Assembly (NCBI GenBank): GCA_013239625.1 | Contig: MU057350.1 | Location: 22,721,894-22,785,771 of the forward strand | Length of the DNA: 63,878 bases | Direction of reading: 5' to 3' | Source of the DNA: Lama guanicoe | Lineage: Eukaryota | In this document: positions 59,461 to 63,878 of the stretch, in pieces | Layout of the letters: every line of letters begins with the position of its first letter | How positions within the stretch are numbered: the stretch's first letter is position 1 | Program-made: the position numbers and the translations under genes | The notes under the pieces: model-generated | What the model saw: the letters and a program-made list of their open reading frames with translations, nothing else | What the model was told of the DNA's origin: nothing | Databases searched by the model: none

Positions 59461-60139
59461 CAGGGTGTCAGCCCCAGACAGGAAGCCTGGAGGGGCACCA
59501 GCTGAGAAAAGCCCCAGGGAGCAATTAGAGGTTGCCTCCTCTGTGCTTCAGAAGCGTGTGGCTTCAGGAGTGTAAACAGACCTTTCCCAGGCATAGTCCA
59601 TCCCACTAAGCCCATCCCTCTGTGTTGCCACAAAGGAAGGAAGCATTTTTCGACCATGGGCTGTGTGATGGGGCAGTTTCAGGAGGCAAATATTTGAAAA
59701 AGAGGCAGCAAACCACTGTTTAGGGTGGAGGGGGAGGAAGTGCACTTGTGTTCTTCTTGAGACAGCCTGCATTTCTCTCCTTTCTGTCTTCATCGGAAAG
59801 AGGAGTTTTTTAGCACACGGCAAATTCCGTAGCTCCCACATCCCCTCCCCACATAAAGGTTACTGTACTTGTCAGCATTCGTGTGCACCCCGCAGACAGT
59901 ACCTGTGCTTAGTGCTTGCTGTGACAATCTTGAGCTGAAAACCCATGGAGGTCGTACTCTGCTTTTTGCTTTTTAAATCCTGAAACTTGGCTCTAGGATC
60001 TATTTTGTACTCCTGAATCTCAACTTAGGAAACTTTTTCTTCTACTTTCTTACAAAGGATTGTGTCAGGGGCACACAATGTGGAAAACCATTAGGAGATC
60101 AGTGTGTTTTCAGGCCATGAGACTCCAGATGTGTGCTAC

Positions 60140-60585
60140 TGTATCAGCTATCTATTGCCACGGCTACCACTGTGTAACAAATAACCACAAGTCATCAGAA
60201 GCAATCTACTCATTTTTCATGCATCTGTTGGTCAGCTGGGAGGTGCTGCTGATCTGGTCTGGGCCCCTTTGCATATCTGGAGGGCATCAGTTGTCCTGAC
60301 TGGACAATGGGGGTGACTGGGCTCTGCTCCATGTATCCTATCTTCCAACAAGCTCTCCCAGGCCTGTTTTCACAGCAGTTGTGAAGGGTGCGAGAATTCA
60401 GGAAGAGACATGCAAGTGATTTTTTTCAAGCCTGTGTCTGCATTATGTCTGCTGAAATCCTGTCAAAGAAAGTCACATGACAGGTCCAGAATCAGAGCAG
60501 GAGGGGGCTCTGCAGGGTTACATGGGGTGGGCATGGATACAGGCAAAGGAGAAAATCTGGGACTAAGAAAGCAATCCACCTAGCA
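60140..60585 (-). mobile_element. MLT1H/I-like LTR
   Basis: TGTATCAGCTATCTATTGCCAC...TGTGTAACAAATAACCACAA...AAGTCACATGAC...GGGCATGGATACAGG. Confidence 0.8.
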
Positions 60586-60939
60586 CAGCCTTCACATGTA
60601 ACAGAATAACTTTCCAGTTCAGGGTTAAGCTGATCCAAGCAACATCTTTGCAGACAGTAAACATCTTCCCTTCTCTGCTCTGGGAAAGACAGAACAGCTG
60701 CAGAAAGTCCAGGGAAAACAAAGGCATCTGAGAGCAGGGAGAGCAACCAAGTATTTACTGACAATGCTCTATTCATAATCCACATTTAATTCAAACTCAA
60801 AAAGATGTATTGACAATCTGCCAGGTTTTAATACCCCCACCTTTAAGTGGCATCTCTGCAGCAGCAGAAATATCAAGCTTTATGTCTTTTTGAGAAACTA
60901 GGGCTTGGGCTCACGAGGTAAACAAAAGGTAATGAAACA

Positions 60940-61170
60940 GCAAATGGCAGGGTGTCAAGTTGTTGGAAGGTGTCTAGCGGGGTGCCACGGGGACACGGTT
61001 TCATTTTGGTCTCATTTAACATCTTCATTAATGATCTGGAAGAGGGAGTAAACAGCACATTAATTATAATCACAAGTGATGCTAAATTGGGATTTGTTGC
61101 CTGCACCAAATGAAGGGGCTCTGAAAGACTGGGTAGGAGATGGATCCAGCTTGGAAGAGGCGAATGACAC
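60940..61170 (+). mobile_element. CR1/L3 LINE reverse-transcriptase fossil
   Basis: Plus-strand translation [50 protein letters not shown] versus CR1 [21 protein letters not shown]...KFADDTKLG; the catalytic FADD motif is mutated. Confidence 0.85.
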
Positions 61171-61429
61171 CTCGGAAAACATCAGAGCACGTGGTAAGGG
61201 AGGGAGCAAGTCAGTTAGAAGCAATGAGGTTAAAAAGCAAGGAAGCTGCCTGAAATCTTTTCAGGGATAACCTAGGGTATTCACATGAAAGTTTACGCCA
61301 AGGAGGTGGCATCAAGAAATTAGAAACAAGCAAGCTGGAGCAGGAGAGGGGAGAAACACAACGTAAGTTGGATCATAAACTAGGGAGTAGGAATGCTTGA
61401 AATTTTCCCCTTCAGAGCTTCCTTCTCCT

Positions 61430-61562
61430 GCTGGAATATTAGCTCCCAAGGGTGGGATTTGTGTTGATTTGTTTTCTGCTGTATCTCCAACACCTGGAAT
61501 TATGCCTGAGACACAGAAGTCACTTAATAAATATGAGTTAAATGAAATGAATGAATGAAGAA
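61430..61562 (+). mobile_element. L2 3' tip
   Basis: CTGCTGTATCTCCAACACCTGGAATTATGCCTG...AATAAATATGAGTTAAATGAAATGAATGAATGAA. Confidence 0.75.
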
Positions 61563-61779
61563 TTGAGTGTTAACTCTTGAAGAAAGAATCAAAAGAGGAT
61601 TTGTCTCCATAAGGTACAAACCAGTCAAAGATGGGTTGAACAGAAAAACAAACAAACAAAACAAACCCTGGGGATTGGGAGGAAATGAACAAAGTGAAAA
61701 ATCGATGAAGGTCCCCGGAGAGCAGAAACCCTCTTGGTTTTACCACAGTGCAAATTGTAGTCGCAGTAGTATTAGCAGT

Positions 61780-62005
61780 ACTAGTGGTTTTAAGTATCTG
61801 TCACTATTCCAAGTGCTTTGTGTGCATCATCTCATTGAGTCATCACAGCAAAACTCTGAGGTATGTTCTGTCATTGCCCTCATTTTATATGTGAGGTATA
61901 GAAAGACTAAGTAACTTTTCCAAGGTCCCATAGTGAGAGGGGGTGGGATTTAAATCAGTGCAACAGTATACCATGTTTCTTACTACTGTATTACTCTGCC
62001 TGCCA
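61780..62005 (-). mobile_element. MIR SINE
   Basis: ATCTCATTGAGTCATCACAGCAAAACTCTGAGGTA...CATTTTATATGTGAGG...TAAGTAACTTTTCCAAGGTC. Confidence 0.75.
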
Positions 62006-63307
62006 CACTGGCTTAAGGAAAAGGAGGGAGGTGGAAGGGAGAGAGAGACAGAGGGCTAAGGGGAGGGGGGAGGGAGAGGAAGAAAACCAAAAGGAAAGGT
62101 AATAGACTCAAAATAGGGCAGATGACTCTGCCCCACCTCCCATGAGACAACCAAGCTCAGTGTGAGCATAAGATTGAGGATTTAATGCAGCTCTTCTCCC
62201 TGGTAAGTGTTTCATGGTCTTTGCCCTAAATATCACTACAGTATTTAAAGATAAAATTTTTTTGTGGTATGAAATGCCCTTTAATTCTAAACTGAGTACT
62301 TCATCAGGTGCTCAACTGAAGAAATCATCTGTAGTTTTTCTTTGTTTTCTTCTCTATTCTTCTGTTTTCTCATCTTTCTTTTATAAAAGTAAAAAGCCTG
62401 GAAATTTATGTTTTGCATGTGGACTCACTATTTTTCTGTACATTATTTATTATTTTCTGCACTTTACTGCATGTCTCTGTCACTTGTACATATCAGGAAT
62501 TGACAACGAAAAACCACACATACTGTATTTGATAGATGATTTAAGGAATTTTTAAGCATAATTATTTATAGGAATTGGGTTTTGTCCTACACTTTGAGCT
62601 TAAAACAAAACCCCATTGTCCTGGGCTTCTCTTCCTTTGAAATCACTCTGCATTGCTTAATGTTTTTGCTCATGGTTCTAATTTTTAAATGATTGTCTTT
62701 GTTTTGTCGGATATTTGTTATGTGAATACTTGAAGGTCATAAATTTGTCTTCTGTAATCACCAGCATCTATACAGGCAGCATGGTCTGAAGTGGGACAGA
62801 TTAAAGCTAAGGCAGAGACAAGCTGTGATTAAAGAGAAAATTCTGGAAACAGCAAGAAACTGGGTCCAGCCTCCAGGGGACTCACAGGTGCTTTGGTTCT
62901 GAAATTTTGTCCTCTGCTTCTAGAATTTTCTTCTCTAAGTTACTCTTTTTTTTTCTCTTTTTGGCTGTTCAATCTGAGTTTCTGTCTCTTAAAACCAGAC
63001 GATTCCTTAATAATGCGATGACGTTAGGGTCTGCCTAATTTTAAAAGTCTATGTCTTGATTCTGAGATTCTAATGCTAGCATTGATTGACAGGGGTCAAT
63101 TTAGGAGTGTTTTGGGGGACAACAGGAAACCATTGTTCCAGGTAGTTCTCATGCTGTGCTCATCTAGAAAGAACTAAGAATTTCCTTTAGCGAAAATAAT
63201 GTCAGCAGAGAGGTATTCCTAAGGCTGATCTAAGTTGGTGTAAAAAGTTGCTCTCTCCAAATAAAGATGACAAGAGAAAAGCATTTTCCAAAGCGTGTTC
63301 CTGTTAG

Positions 63308-63420
63308 AATAGGATGACATATAATTTACTCTCAAAATTGGGTTACACTTTGGGGTGTGAAAGTAGATGCCTTTAGCAATTATTCAAGGACAGTAGGTAC
63401 AAAACAGGGCTGTATACCTT
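63308..63420. mobile_element. MER94-like hAT-Blackjack fragment
   Basis: AGGATGACATATAATTTACTCTCAAAATTGGGTTACACTTTGGGGTGTGAAAG. Confidence 0.55.
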
Positions 63421-63536
63421 ATGTAAAATATATCTCAACAGTGGAAGTTCCTTGACCCCCAAAGTTTGGGAAGTCTGCATACTATATAGTTTCTTACTGA
63501 GAATCACAATACCTAATCTATTAAAAGCTCTGAGTC

Positions 63537-63878
63537 TTAGGAGATGAAAAACTTATNNNNNNNNNNNNNNNNNNNNNNNNNNNNNNNNNNNNNNNNNNNN
63601 NNNNNNNNNNNNNNNNNNNNNNNNNNNNNNNNNNNNNNNNNNNNNNNNNNNNNNNNNNNNNNNNNNNNNNNNNNNNNNNNNNNNNNNNNNNNNNNNNNNN
63701 NNNNNNNNNNNNNNNNNNNNNNTTTCACAGAACTGGAACAAGTAATACTAAAATTTATATGGAATCACAGAAGACCCAGAATTGCCAAAGTAATACTGAG
63801 GAAAAAAAACAAAGCTGGAAGCATAACCCTCCCAGACTTCAGACAACACTACAAAGTTACAGTAATCAAAAGAGCATG
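63537..63878 (+). mobile_element. 5'-truncated L1, ORF2 segment, running off the window (contains 166-N gap)
   Basis: EMKNL before the gap; [51 protein letters not shown] open from 63724 to the end. Confidence 0.93.

Noticed and set aside
62555-62595. Minus-strand VGQNPIPI resembling the MGMT NPxPIxxPCHR motif
   Set aside because: A stop codon follows almost immediately, there is no PCHR and no flanking similarity; coincidence.

Overview
Mammalian nuclear DNA, almost certainly camelid (camel/alpaca/llama). The evidence is five tRNA-Ala(AGC)-derived SINEs of the camelid Vic-1 type and artiodactyl-style young L1 3' ends. I find no supportable host protein-coding exon and no true RNA gene. The window reads as intergenic or deep-intronic sequence, densely filled with interspersed repeats (MIR, L2, old and young L1, MaLR/ERVL/ERV1 solo LTRs, hAT-Charlie and TcMar DNA elements), with three N gaps. 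The only protein homology I can recognise is transposon-derived: a hAT-Charlie transposase fossil (~14.65-15.42 kb, minus), a CR1/L3 reverse transcriptase fossil (~60.94-61.17 kb) and an L1 ORF2 segment at the right end. Between repeats lie several repeat-free blocks rich in transcription-factor motifs. The strongest is a CpG-rich block at 23.5-23.9 kb with a perfect DR5 retinoic-acid response element plus a third half-site. Others are a CRE + E-box pair, a CTCF site and a MER41-like LTR carrying IRF and STAT-like motifs. There are also two apparent L1 3' transductions bounded by target-site duplications. I see no convincing new biological system. The best lead is a candidate developmental enhancer landscape, whose conservation and activity cannot be judged from sequence alone. 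Repeat family names are from recalled consensus sequences, and boundaries are approximate unless TSDs are given.
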